DNA from: Heptranchias perlo
Lineage: Eukaryota
NCBI RefSeq assembly: GCF_035084215.1
Contig: NC_090333.1
Span: 75,392,001 to 75,456,000, forward strand
Direction: 5' to 3'
DNA: 64,000 bases
Shown here: positions 35,801 through 49,865 of the stretch, piece by piece
Layout of the letters: each line of letters starts with the position of its first letter
Position numbering within the stretch: the stretch's first letter is position 1
Translations under genes and position numbers: made by a program
Notes under the pieces: model-generated
The model's database searches: none
What the model saw: only the letters and a program-made list of their open reading frames with translations
What the model was told of the DNA's origin: nothing

Positions 35801-38800
35801 GACAGTGTGAGAAGGAATGGGGGTCAGAGACAGTGTGAGAAGGAATGGGGACAGAGACAGTGTGAGAAGGAATGGGGGTCAGAGACAGCGTGAGAAGGAA
35901 TGGGGGTCAGAGACAGTGTGAGAAGGAATGGGGGTCAGAGACAGTGTGAGAAGGAATGGGGGTCAGAGACAGTGTGAGAAGGAATGGGGGTCAGAGACAG
36001 CGTGGGGGGAATGGGGGTCAGAGACAGTGTGAGAAGGAATGGGGGACAGAGACAGTGTGAGAAGGAATGGGGGTCAGAGACAGCGTGGGGGGAATGGGGG
36101 TCAGAGACAGTGTGAGAAGGAATGGGGGTCAGAGACAGTGTGAGAAGGAATGGGGGTCAGAGACAGCGTGGGGGGAATGGGGGTCAGAGACAGTGTGAGA
36201 AGGAATGGGGGTCAGAGACAGTGTGAGAAGGAATGGGGGTCAGAGACAGTGTGAGAAGGAATGGGGGTCAGAGACAGTGTGAGAAGGAATGGGGGACAGA
36301 GACAGTGTGATAAGGAATGGGGGTCAGAGACAGTGTGAGAAGGAATGGGGGTCAGAGACAGTGTGAGAAGGAATGGGGGTCAGAGACAGTGTGATAAGGA
36401 ATGGGGACAGAGACAGTGTGAGAAGGAATGGGGGTCAGAGACAGCGTGGGGGGAATGGGGGTCAGAGACTGCGTGGGGGGAATGGGGGTCAGAGACAGTG
36501 TGAGAAGGAATGGGGGTCAGAGACAGTGTGAGAAGGAATGGGGGTCAGAGACAGTGTGAGAAGGAATGGGGGTCAGAGAGAGTGTGAGAAGGAATGGGGG
36601 TCAGAGACAGTGTGGGGGGAATGGGGGTCAGAGACAGTGTGAGAAGGAATGGAGGTCAGAGACAGTGTGAGAAGGAATGGGGGTCAGAGACAGCGTGGGG
36701 GGAATGGGGGTCAGAGACAGTGTGAGAAGGAATGGGGGTCAGCGAGAGTGTGAGAAGGAATGGGGACAGAGACAGTGTGAGAAGGAATGGGGGTCAGAGA
36801 CAGTGTGAGAAGGAATGGGGGTCAGAGACAGCGTGGGGGGAATGGGGGTCAGAGACAGCGTGGGGGGAATGGGGGTCAGAGACAGTGTGAGAAGGAATGG
36901 GGGTCAGAGAGAGTGTGAGAAGGAATGGGGGTCAGAGACAGCGTGGGGGGAATGGGGGTCAGAGACAGCGTGGGGGGAATGGGGGTCAGAGACAGTGTGA
37001 GAAGGAATGGGGGTCAGAGACAGCGTGGGGGGAATGGGGGTCAGAGACAGCGTGAGAAGGAATGGGGTCAGAGACAGTGTGAGAAGGAATGGGGGTCAGA
37101 GACAGCGTGGGGGGAATGGGGGTCAGAGACAGTGTGAGAAGGAATGGGGGTCAGAGACAGTGTGAGAAGGAATGGGGGTCAGAGAGAGTGTGAGAAGGAA
37201 TGGGGGTCAGAGACAGTGTGAGAAGGAATGGGGGTCAGAGACAGCGTGAGAAGGAATGGGGACAGAGACAGTGTGAGAAGGAATGGGGGTCAGAGACAGC
37301 GTGGGGGGAATGGGGGTCAGAGACAGCGTGGGGGGAATGGGGGTCAGAGACAGTGTGAGAAGGAATGGGGGTCAGAGACAGCGTGGGGGGAATGGGGGTC
37401 AGAGACAGCGTGAGAAGGAATGGGGTCAGAGACAGTGTGAGAAGGAATGGGGGTCAGAGACAGTGTGAGAAGGAATGGGGGTCAGAGACAGTGTGAGAAG
37501 GAATGGGGGTCAGAGAGAGTGTGATAAGGAATGGGGGTCAGAGACAGTGTGAGAAGGAATGGGGGTCAGAGACAGTGTGAGAAGGAATGGGGGTCAGAGA
37601 GAGTGTGAGAAGGAATGGGGGTCAGAGACAGTGTGAGAAGGAATGGGGACAGAGACAGTGTGATAAGGAATGGGGGTCAGAGACAGTGTGAGAAGGAATG
37701 GGGGTCAGAGACAGTGTGAGAAGGAATGGGGGTCAGAGAGAGTGTGAGAAGGAATGGGGGTCAGAGACAGTGTGAGAAGGAATGGGGGGCAGAGACAGTG
37801 TGAGAAGGAATGGGGGTCAGAGACAGTGTGAGAAGGAATGGGGGTCAGAGACAGCGTGAGAAGGAATGGGGGTCAGAGACAGTGTGAGAAGGAATGGGGG
37901 TCAGAGACAGTGTGAGAAGGAATGGGGGTCAGAGACAGTGTGAGAAGGAATGGGGGTCAGAGACAGTGTGAGAAGGAATGGGGACAGAGACAGCGTGAGA
38001 AGGAATGGGGGTCAGAGACAGCGTGGGGGGAATGGGGGTCAGAGACAGCGTGGGGGGAATGGGGGTCAGAGACAGTGTGAGAAGGAATGGGGGTCAGAGA
38101 GAGTGTGAGAAGGAATGGGGACAGAGACAGTGTGAGAAGGAATGGGGGTCAGAGACAGCGTGGGGGGAATGGGGGTCAGAGACAGTGTGAGAAGGAATGG
38201 GGACAGAGACAGTGTGAGAAGGAATGGGGGTCAGAGACAGCGTGGGGGGAATGGGGGTCAGAGACAGTGTGAGAAGGAATGGGGGTCAGAGACAGCGTGG
38301 GGGGAATGGGGGTCAGAGACAGTGTGAGAAGGAATGGGGGTCAGAGACAGTGTGAGAAGGAATGGGGACAGAGACAGTGTGAGAAGGAATGGGGGTCAGA
38401 GACAGCGTGGGGGGAATGGGGGTCAGAGAGAGTGTGAGAAGGAATGGGGGTCAGAGACAGCGTGAGAAGGAATGGGGGTCAGAGACAGCGTGGGGGGAAT
38501 GGGGTTCAGAGACAGTGTGAGAAGGAATGGGGGTCAGAGACAGCGTGAGAAGGAATGGGGGTCAGAGACAGTGTGAGAAGGAATGGGGGTCAGAGACAGC
38601 GTGGGGGGAATGGGGGTCAGAGACAGTGTGAGAAGGAATGGGGACAGAGACAGCGTGAGAAGGAATGGGGGTCAGAGACAGCGTGGGGGGAATGGGGGTC
38701 AGAGACAGTGTGAGAAGGAATGGGGACAGAGACAGCGTGAGAAGGAATGGGGGTCAGAGACAGCGTGGGGGGAATGGGGGTCAGAGACAGCGTGGGGGGA

Positions 38801-41800
38801 ATGGGGGTCAGAGACAGTGTGAGAAGGAATGGGGGTCAGAGAGAGTGTGAGAAGGAATGGGGGTCAGAGACAGCGTGGGGGGAATGGGGGTCAGAGACAG
38901 TGTGAGAAGGAATGGGGACAGAGACAGTGTGAGAAGGAATGGGGACAGAGACAGTGTGAGAAGGAATGGGGGTCAGAGACAGCGTGGGGGGAATGGGGTT
39001 CAGAGACAGTGTGAGAAGGAATGGGGACAGAGACAGTGTGAGAAGGAATGGGGGTCAGAGACAGTGTGAGAAGGAATGGGGGTCAGAGACAGTGTGAGAA
39101 GGAATGGGGGTCAGAGACAGTGTGAGAAGGAATGGGGGTCAGAGACAGTGTGAGAAGGAATGGGGGTCAGAGACAGTGTGAGAAGGAATGGGGACAGAGA
39201 CAGTGTGAGAAGGAATGGGGGTCAGAGACAGCGTGAGAAGGAATGGGGGTCAGAGACAGTGTGAGAAGGAATGGGGGTCAGAGACAGTGTGAGAAGGAAT
39301 GGGGGTCAGAGACAGTGTGAGAAGGAATGGGGGTCAGAGACAGCGTGGGGGGAATGGGGGTCAGAGACAGTGTGAGAAGGAATGGGGGACAGAGACAGTG
39401 TGAGAAGGAATGGGGGTCAGAGACAGCGTGGGGGGAATGGGGGTCAGAGACAGTGTGAGAAGGAATGGGGGTCAGAGACAGTGTGAGAAGGAATGGGGGT
39501 CAGAGACAGCGTGGGGGGAATGGGGGTCAGAGACAGTGTGAGAAGGAATGGGGGTCAGAGACAGTGTGAGAAGGAATGGGGGTCAGAGACAGTGTGAGAA
39601 GGAATGGGGGTCAGAGACAGTGTGAGAAGGAATGGGGGACAGAGACAGTGTGATAAGGAATGGGGGTCAGAGACAGTGTGAGAAGGAATGGGGGTCAGAG
39701 ACAGTGTGATAAGGAATGGGGACAGAGACAGTGTGAGAAGGAATGGGGGTCAGAGACAGCGTGGGGGGAATGGGGGTCAGAGACAGCGTGGGGGGAATGG
39801 GGGTCAGAGACAGTGTGAGAAGGAATGGGGGTCAGAGACAGTGTGAGAAGGAATGGGGGTCAGAGACAGTGTGAGAAGGAATGGGGGTCAGAGAGAGTGT
39901 GAGAAGGAATGGGGGTCAGAGACAGTGTGGGGGGAATGGGGGTCAGAGACAGTGTGAGAAGGAATGGAGGTCAGAGACAGTGTGAGAAGGAATGGGGGTC
40001 AGAGACAGCGTGGGGCGAATGGGGGTCAGAGACAGTGTGAGAAGGAATGGGGGTCAGAGAGAGTGTGAGAAGGAATGGGGACAGAGACAGTGTGAGAAGG
40101 AATGGGGGTCAGAGACAGTGTGAGAAGGAATGGGGGTCAGAGACAGCGTGGGGGGAATGGGGGTCAGAGACAGCGTGGGGGGAATGGGGGTCAGAGACAG
40201 TGTGAGAAGGAATGGGGGTCAGAGAGAGTGTGAGAAGGAATGGGGGTCAGAGACAGCGTGGGGGGAATGGGGGTCAGAGACAGCGTGGGGGGAATGGGGG
40301 TCAGAGACAGTGTGAGAAGGAATGGGGGTCAGAGACAGCGTGGGGGGAATGGGGGTCAGAGACAGCGTGAGAAGGAATGGGGTCAGAGACAGTGTGAGAA
40401 GGAATGGGGGTCAGAGACAGCGTGGGGGGAATGGGGGTCAGAGACAGTGTGAGAAGGAATGGGGGTCAGAGACAGTGTGAGAAGGAATGGGGGTCAGAGA
40501 GAGTGTGAGAAGGAATGGGGGTCAGAGACAGTGTGAGAAGGAATGGGGGTCAGAGACAGCGTGAGAAGGAATGGGGACAGAGACAGTGTGAGAAGGAATG
40601 GGGGTCAGAGACAGCGTGGGGGGAATGGGGGTCAGAGACAGCGTGGGGGGAATGGGGGTCAGAGACAGTGTGAGGAGGAATGGGGGTCAGAGACAGCGTG
40701 GGGGGAATGGGGGTCAGAGACAGCGTGAGAAGGAATGGGGTCAGAGACAGTGTGAGAAGGAATGGGGGTCAGAGACAGTGTGAGAAGGAATGGGGGTCAG
40801 AGACAGTGTGAGAAGGAATGGGGGTCAGAGAGAGTGTGAGAAGGAATGGGGACAGAGACAGTGTGATAAGGAATGGGGGTCAGAGACAGTGTGAGAAGGA
40901 ATGGGGGTCAGAGACAGTGTGAGAAGGAATGGGGGTCAGAGAGAGTGTGAGAAGGAATGGGGGTCAGAGACAGTGTGAGAAGGAATGGGGGGCAGAGACA
41001 GTGTGAGAAGGAATGGGGGTCAGAGACAGTGTGAGAAGGAATGGGGGTCAGAGACAGCGTGAGAAGGAATGGGGGTCAGAGACAGTGTGAGAAGGAATGG
41101 GGGTCAGAGACAGTGTGAGAAGGAATGGGGGTCAGAGACAGTGTGAGAAGGAATGGGGGTCAGAGACAGCGTGGGGGGAATGGGGGTCAGAGACAGTGTG
41201 AGAAGGAATGGGGGTCAGAGACAGTGTGAGAAGGAATGGGGGTCAGAGACAGTGTGAGAAGGAATGGGGACAGAGACAGCGTGGGGGGAATGGGGGTCAG
41301 AGACAGTGAGAGAAGGAATGGGGGTCAGAGACAGTGTGAGAAGGAATGGGGGTCAGAGACAGCGTGAGAAGGAATGGGGGTCAGAGACAGTGTGAGAAGG
41401 AATGGGGACAGAGACAGCGTGGGGGGAATGGGGGTCAGAGACAGTGTGAGAAGGAATGGGGACAGAGACAGCGTGAGAAGGAATGGGGGTCAGAGACAGC
41501 GTGGGGGGAATGGGGGTCAGAGACAGTGTGAGAAGGAATGGGGACAGAGACAGTGTGAGAAGGAATGGGGGTCAGAGACAGTGTGAGAAGGAATGGGGGT
41601 CAGAGACAGTGTGAGAAGGAATGGGGGTCAGAGACAGTGTGAGAAGGAATGGGGACAGAGACAGTGTGAGAAGGAATGGGGGTCAGAGACAGTGTGAGAA
41701 GGAATGGGGGTCAGAGACAGTGTGAGAAGGAATGGGGGTCAGAGACAGTGTGAGAAGGAATGGGGGTCAGAGACAGTGTGAGAAGGAATGGGGGTCAGAG

Positions 41801-44800
41801 ACAGTGTGAGAAGGAATGGGGACAGAGACAGTGTGAGAAGGAATGGGGGTCAGAGACAGCGTGGGGGGAATGGGGGTCAGAGACAGTGTGAGAAGGAATG
41901 GGGGTCAGAGACAGTGTGAGAAGGAATGGGGGTCAGAGACAGCGTGGGGGGAATGGGGGTCAGAGACAGTGTGAGATGGAATGGGGGTCAGAGACAGTGT
42001 GAGAAGGAATGGGGGTCAGAGACAGTGTGATAAGGAATGGGGACAGAGACAGTGTGAGAAGGAATGGGGGTCAGAGAGAGTGTGATAAGGAATGGGGGTC
42101 AGAGACAGTGTGAGAAGGAATGGGGGTCAGAGACAGTGTGAGAAGGAATGGGGGTCAGAGACAGTGTGATAAGGAATGGGGACAGAGACAGCGTGGGGGG
42201 AATGGGGGTCAGAGACAGCGTGGGGGGAATGGGGGTCAGAGACAGTGTGAGAAGGAATGGGGGTCAGAGACAGTGTGAGAAGGAATGGGGGTCAGAGACA
42301 GTGTGAGAAGGAATGGGGACAGAGACAGCGTGAGAAGGAATGGGGGTCAGAGACAGCGTGGGGGGAATGGGGGTCAGAGACAGCGTGGGGGGAATGGGGG
42401 TCAGAGACAGTGTGAGAAGGAATGGGGGTCAGAGACAGTGTGAGAAGGAATGGGGGTCAGAGACAGTGTGAGAAGGAATGGGGGTCAGAGAGAGTGTGAG
42501 AAGGAATGGGGGTCAGAGACAGTGTGGGGGGAATGGGGGTCAGAGACAGTGTGAGAAGGAATGGAGGTCAGAGACAGTGTGAGAAGGAATGGGGGTCAGA
42601 GACAGCGTGGGGGGAATGGGGGTCAGAGACAGTGTGAGAAGGAATGGGGGTCAGAGAGAGTGTGAGAAGGAATGGGGACAGAGACAGTGTGAGAAGGAAT
42701 GGGGGTCAGAGACAGTGTGAGAAGGAATGGGGGTCAGAGACAGCGTGGGGGGAATGGGGGTCAGAGACAGCGTGGGGGGAATGGGGGTCAGAGACAGTGT
42801 GAGAAGGAATGGGGGTCAGAGAGAGTGTGAGAAGGAATGGGGGTCAGAGACAGCGTGGGGGGAATGGGGGTCAGAGACAGCGTGGGGGGAATGGGGGTCA
42901 GAGACAGTGTGAGAAGGAATGGGGGTCAGAGACAGCGTGGGGGGAATGGGGTTCAGAGACAGCGTGAGAAGGAATGGGGTCAGAGACAGTGTGAGAAGGA
43001 ATGGGGGTCAGAGACAGCGTGGGGGGAATGGGGGTCAGAGACAGTGTGAGAAGGAATGGGGGTCAGAGACAGTGTGAGAAGGAATGGGGGTCAGAGAGAG
43101 TGTGAGAAGGAATGGGGGTCAGAGACAGTGTGAGAAGGAATGGGGACAGAGACAGTGTGAGAAGGAATGGGGGTCAGAGACAGTGTGAGAAGGAATGGGG
43201 GTCAGAGACAGTGTGAGAAGGAATGGGGGTCAGAGACAGTGTGAGAAGGAATGGGGACAGAGACAGTGTGAGAAGGAATGGGGGTCAGAGACAGTGTGAG
43301 AAGGAATGGGGGTCAGAGACAGTGTGAGAAGGAATGGGGGTCAGAGAGAGTGTGAGAAGGAATGGGGGTCAGAGACAGTGTGAGAAGGAATGGGGGTCAG
43401 AGACAGTGTGAGAAGGAATGGGGGTCAGAGACAGTGTGAGAAGGAATGGGGACAGAGACAGTGTGATAAGGAATGGGGGTCAGAGACAGTGTGAGAAGGA
43501 ATGGGGGTCAGAGACAGTGTGAGAAGGAATGGGGGTCAGAGACAGCGTGAGAAGGAATGGGGACAGAGACAGTGTGAGAAGGAATGGGGGTCAGAGACAG
43601 CGTGGGGGGAATGGGGGTCAGAGACAGCGTGGGGGGAATGGGGGTCAGAGACAGTGTGAGAAGGAATGGGGGTCAGAGACAGCGTGAGAAGGAATGGGGT
43701 CAGAGACAGTGTGAGAAGGAATGGGGGTCAGAGACAGCGTGGGGGGAATGGGGGTCAGAGACAGTGTGAGAAGGAATGGGGGTCAGAGACAGTGTGAGAA
43801 GGAATGGGGGTCAGAGAGAGTGTGAGAAGGAATGGGGACAGAGACAGTGTGAGAAGGAATGGGGGTCAGAGACAGTGTGATAAGGAATGGGGGTCAGAGA
43901 CAGTGTGAGAAGGAATGGGGGGCAGAGACAGTGTGAGAAGGAATGGGGGTCAGAGACAGTGTGAGAAGGAATGGGGGTCAGAGACAGTGTGAGAAGGAAT
44001 GGGGACAGAGACAGTGTGATAAGGAATGGGGGTCAGAGACAGTGTGAGAAGGAATGGGGGTCAGAGACAGTGTGAGAAGGAATGGGGGTCAGAGAGAGTG
44101 TGAGAAGGAATGGGGGTCAGAGACAGTGTGAGAAGGAATGGGGGTCAGAGACAGTGTGAGAAGGAATGGGGGTCAGAGACAGCGTGAGAAGGAATGGGGG
44201 TCAGAGACAGTGTGAGAAGGAATGGGGGTCAGAGACAGTGTGAGAAGGAATGGGGGTCAGAGACAGTGTGAGAAGGAATGGGGACAGAGACAGTGTGAGA
44301 AGGAATGGGGGTCAGAGAGAGTGTGGGGGGGAATGGGGGTCAGAGACAGTGTGAGAAGGAATGGGGGTCAGAGACAGTGAGAGAAGGAATGGGGGTCAGA
44401 GACAGCGTGGGGGGAATGGGGGTCAGAGACAGTGTGAGAAGGAATGGGGGTCAGAGACAGCGTGGGGGGAATGGGGGTCAGAGACAGTGTGAGAAGGAAT
44501 GGGGGTCAGAGACAGTGTGAGAAGGAATGGGGGTCAGAGACAGTGTGAGAAGGAATGGGGGTCAGAGACAGCGTGAGAAGGAATGGGGGTCAGAGACAGC
44601 GTGGGGGGAATGGGGGTCAGAGACAGTGTGAGAAGGAATGGGGGTCAGAGACAGTGTGAGAAGGAATGGGGACAGAGACAGTGTGAGAAGGAATGGGGAC
44701 AGAGACAGTGTGAGAAGGAATGGGGGTCAGAGACAGCGTGGGGGGAATGGGGGTCAGAGACAGCGTGGGGGGAATGGGGGTCAGAGACAGCGTGGGGGGA

Positions 44801-47800
44801 ATGGGGGTCAGAGACAGTGTGAGAAGGAATGGGGGTCAGAGACAGCGTGGGGGGAATGGGGTTCAGAGACAGCGTGAGAAGGAATGGGGTCAGAGACAGT
44901 GTGAGAAGGAATGGGGGTCAGAGACAGCGTGGGGGGAATGGGGGTCAGAGACAGTGTGAGAAGGAATGGGGGTCAGAGACAGTGTGAGAAGGAATGGGGG
45001 TCAGAGAGAGTGTGAGAAGGAATGGGGGTCAGAGACAGTGTGAGAAGGAATGGGGACAGAGACAGTGTGAGAAGGAATGGGGGTCAGAGACAGTGTGAGA
45101 AGGAATGGGGGTCAGAGACAGTGTGAGAAGGAATGGGGGTCAGAGACAGTGTGAGAAGGAATGGGGACAGAGACAGTGTGAGAAGGAATGGGGGTCAGAG
45201 ACAGTGTGAGAAGGAATGGGGGTCAGAGACAGTGTGAGAAGGAATGGGGGTCAGAGAGAGTGTGAGAAGGAATGGGGGTCAGAGACAGTGTGAGAAGGAA
45301 TGGGGGTCAGAGACAGTGTGAGAAGGAATGGGGGTCAGAGACAGTGTGAGAAGGAATGGGGACAGAGACAGTGTGATAAGGAATGGGGGTCAGAGACAGT
45401 GTGAGAAGGAATGGGGGTCAGAGACAGTGTGAGAAGGAATGGGGGTCAGAGACAGCGTGAGAAGGAATGGGGACAGAGACAGTGTGAGAAGGAATGGGGG
45501 TCAGAGACAGCGTGGGGGGAATGGGGGTCAGAGACAGCGTGGGGGGAATGGGGGTCAGAGACAGTGTGAGAAGGAATGGGGGTCAGAGACAGCGTGAGAA
45601 GGAATGGGGTCAGAGACAGTGTGAGAAGGAATGGGGGTCAGAGACAGCGTGGGGGGAATGGGGGTCAGAGACAGTGTGAGAAGGAATGGGGGTCAGAGAC
45701 AGTGTGAGAAGGAATGGGGGTCAGAGAGAGTGTGAGAAGGAATGGGGACAGAGACAGTGTGAGAAGGAATGGGGGTCAGAGACAGTGTGATAAGGAATGG
45801 GGGTCAGAGACAGTGTGAGAAGGAATGGGGGGCAGAGACAGTGTGAGAAGGAATGGGGGTCAGAGACAGTGTGAGAAGGAATGGGGGTCAGAGACAGTGT
45901 GAGAAGGAATGGGGACAGAGACAGTGTGATAAGGAATGGGGGTCAGAGACAGTGTGAGAAGGAATGGGGGTCAGAGACAGTGTGAGAAGGAATGGGGGTC
46001 AGAGAGAGTGTGAGAAGGAATGGGGGTCAGAGACAGTGTGAGAAGGAATGGGGGTCAGAGACAGTGTGAGAAGGAATGGGGGTCAGAGACAGCGTGAGAA
46101 GGAATGGGGGTCAGAGACAGTGTGAGAAGGAATGGGGGTCAGAGACAGTGTGAGAAGGAATGGGGGTCAGAGACAGTGTGAGAAGGAATGGGGACAGAGA
46201 CAGTGTGAGAAGGAATGGGGGTCAGAGAGAGTGTGGGGGGGAATGGGGGTCAGAGACAGTGTGAGAAGGAATGGGGGTCAGAGACAGTGAGAGAAGGAAT
46301 GGGGGTCAGAGACAGCGTGGGGGGAATGGGGGTCAGAGACAGTGTGAGAAGGAATGGGGGTCAGAGACAGCGTGGGGGGAATGGGGGTCAGAGACAGTGT
46401 GAGAAGGAATGGGGGTCAGAGACAGTGTGAGAAGGAATGGGGGTCAGAGACAGTGTGAGAAGGAATGGGGGTCAGAGACAGCGTGAGAAGGAATGGGGGT
46501 CAGAGACAGCGTGGGGGGAATGGGGGTCAGAGACAGTGTGAGAAGGAATGGGGGTCAGAGACAGTGTGAGAAGGAATGGGGACAGAGACAGTGTGAGAAG
46601 GAATGGGGACAGAGACAGTGTGAGAAGGAATGGGGGTCAGAGACAGCGTGGGGGGAATGGGGGTCAGAGACAGCGTGGGGGGAATGGGGGTCAGAGACAG
46701 CGTGAGAAGGAATGGGGGTCAGAGACAGCGTGGGGGGAATGGGGGTCAGAGAGAGTGTGAGAAGGAATGGGGACAGAGACAGTGTGAGAAGGAATGGGGG
46801 TCAGAGACAGCGTGGGGGGAATGGGGGTCAGAGACAGTGTGAGAAGGAATGGGGACAGAGACAGTGTGAGAAGGAATGGGGGTCAGAGACAGCGTGGGGG
46901 GAATGGGGGTCAGAGAGAGTGTGAGAAGGAATGGGGGTCAGAGACAGTGTGAGAAGGAATGGGGGTCAGAGACAGCGTGGGGGGAATGGGGGTCAGAGAC
47001 AGTGTGAGAAGGAATGGGGGTCAGAGACAGTGTGAGAAGGAATGGGGGTCAGAGACAGCGTGGGGGGAATGGGGGACAGAGACAGCGTGAGAAGGAATGG
47101 GGGTCAGAGACAGCGTGGGGGGAATGGGGGTCAGAGACAGTGTGAGAAGGAATGGGGGTCAGAGACAGTGTGAGAAGGAATGGGGACAGAGACAGTGTGA
47201 GAAGGAATGGGGGTCAGAGACAGTGTGAGAAGGAATGGGGACAGAGACAGTGTGAGAAGGAATGGGGGTCAGAGACAGTGTGAGAAGGAATGGGGGTCAG
47301 AGACAGTGTGAGAAGGAATGGGGGTCAGAGACAGTGAGAGAAGGAATGGGGGTCAGAGACAGCGTGGGGGGAATGGGGGTCAGAGAGAGTGTGAGAAGGA
47401 ATGGGGGTCAGAGACAGTGTGAGAAGGAATGGGGGTCAGAGACAGTGTGAGAAGGAATGGGGGTCAGAGACAGTGTGAGAAGGAATGGGGGTCAGAGACA
47501 GTGTGAGAAGGAATGGGGGTCAGAGACAGTGTGAGAAGGAATGGGGACAGAGACAGTGTGAGAAGGAATGGGGGTCAGAGACAGTGAGAGAATGAATGGG
47601 GGTCAGAGACAGCGTGGGGGGAATGGGGGTCAGAGACAGTGTGAGAAGGAATGGGGGTCAGAGACAGTGTGAGAAGGAATGGGGGTCAGAGACAGTGTGA
47701 GAAGGAATGGGGGTCAGAGACAGTGTGAGAAGGAATGGGGGTCAGAGACAGTGTGAGAAGGAATGGGGGTCAGAGACAGTGTGAGAAGGAATGGGGGTCA

Positions 47801-49617
47801 GAGACAGTGTGAGAAGGAATGGGGGTCAGAGACAGTGTGAGAAGGAATGGGGACAGAGACAGCGTGGGGGGAATGGGGGTCAGAGACAGTGTGAGAAGGA
47901 ATGGGGGTCAGAGACAGCGTGGGGGGAATGGGGACAGAGACAGTGTGAGAAGGAATGGGGGTCAGAGACAGTGTGAGAAGGAATGGGGACAGAGACAGTG
48001 TGAGAAGGAATGGGGGTCAGAGACAGTGTGAGAAGGAATGGGGGTCAGAGACAGTGTGAGAAGGAATGGGGGTCAGAGACAGTGTGAGAAGGAATGGGGA
48101 CAGAGACAGCGTGGGGGGAATGGGGGTCAGAGACAGTGTGAGAAGGAATGGGGGTCAGAGACAGCGTGGGGGGAATGGGGACAGAGACAGTGTGAGAAGG
48201 AATGGGGGTCAGAGACAGTGTGAGAAGGAATGGGGACAGAGACAGTGTGAGAAGGAATGGGGGTCAGAGACAGTGAGAGAATGAATGGGGGTCAGAGACA
48301 GCGTGGGGGGAATGGGGGTCAGAGACAGTGTGAGAAGGAATGGGGGTCAGAGACAGTGTGAGAAGGAATGGGGGTCAGAGACAGTGTGAGAAGGAATGGG
48401 GGTCAGAGACAGTGTGAGAAGGAATGGGGGTCAGAGACAGTGTGAGAAGGAATGGGGGTCAGAGACAGTGTGAGAAGGAATGGGGGTCAGAGACAGTGAG
48501 AGAAGGAATGGGGGTCAGAGACAGCGTGGGGGGAATGGGGGTCAGAGACAGTGTGAGAAGGAATGGGGACAGAGACAGTGTGAGAAGGAATGGGGGTCAG
48601 AGACAGTGAGAGAAGGAATGGGGGTCAGAGACAGTGTGAGAAGGAATGGGGGTCAGAGACAGCGTGGGGGGAATGGGGGTCAGAGACAGTGTGAGAAGGA
48701 ATGGGGGTCAGAGACAGTGTGAGAAGGAATGGGGGTCAGAGACAGTGTGAGAAGGAATGGGGGTCAGAGACAGTGTGAGAAGGAATGGGGGTCAGAGACA
48801 GTGTGAGAAGGAATGGGGGTCAGAGACAGCGTGGGGGGAATGGGGGTCAGAGACAGTGTGAGAAGGAATGGGGGTCAGAGACAGTGAGAGAAGGAATGGG
48901 GGTCAGAGACAGTGTGAGAAGGAATGGGGGTCAGAGACAGTGTGAGAAGGAATGGGGGTCAGAGACAGCGTGGGGGGAATGGGGGTCAGAGACAGTGTGA
49001 GAAGGAATGGGGGTCAGAGACAGTGAGAGAAGGAATGGGGGTCAGAGACAGTGTGAGAAGGAATGGGGGTCAGAGACAGCGTGGGGGGAATGGGGGTCAG
49101 AGACAGTGTGAGAAGGAATGGGGGTCAGAGACAGCGTGGGGGGAATGGGGGTCAGAGACAGTGTGAGAAGGAATGGGGGTCAGAGACAGCGTGGGGGGAA
49201 TGGGGGTCAGAGACAGCGTGGGGGGAATGGGGGTCAGAGACAGTGTGAGAAGGAATGGGGGTCAGAGACAGTGTGAGAAGGAATGGGGGTCAGAGACAGC
49301 GTGGGGGGAATGGGGGTCAGAGACAGTGTGAGAAGGAATGGGGGTCAGAGACAGTGTGAGAAGGAATGGGGGTCAGAGACAGCGTGGGGGGAATGGGGGT
49401 CAGAGACAGCGTGAGAAGGAATGGGGGTCAGAGACAGTGTGAGAAGGAATGGGGGTCAGAGACAGCGTGGGGGGAATGGGGGTCAGAGACAGTGTGAGAA
49501 GGAATGGGGGTCAGAGACAGCGTGGGGGGAATGGGGGTCAGAGACAGTGTGAGAAGGAATGGGGGTCAGAGAGAGTGTGAGAAGGAATGGGGGGCAGAGA
49601 GAGTGTGGGGGGGAATG
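32838..49617. repeat. 27-28-bp purine/G-rich minisatellite array (~16.8 kb, ~600 units)
   Basis: Units GGGGGTCAGAGACAGTGTGAGAAGGAAT (28), GGGGGTCAGAGACAGCGTGGGGGGAAT (27) and GGGGACAGAGACAGTGTGAGAAGGAAT (27), interspersed. Confidence 0.98.
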
Positions 49618-49865
49618 GAACTCAAGAGTTCATGAGGAGAGGAGTCGGGGGAAAACTGAGAGGAGACAAAAGTGTTGCCATCACACCAGCTATTTTCAAG
49701 TGAGCACCATTTTCTCGATGTGTGTTATTTAATGTATCCTTCCATCCGAGGAGTTATTCGGCACAGCACGCAGACTGATTCGGCCTCAATATCTCCTCCA
49801 AACACATTAATTCTACCCGTGTAATCCTCCACTACAATCCTCCCTGTTTACTCTGTCCCCATTCC

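Noticed and set aside
5263-49617. ACAGTG motifs as V(D)J recombination signal heptamers
   Set aside because: The motif is GACAGTG and lacks the essential CAC start. There is no nonamer at 12/23 spacing and no V/D/J segments.
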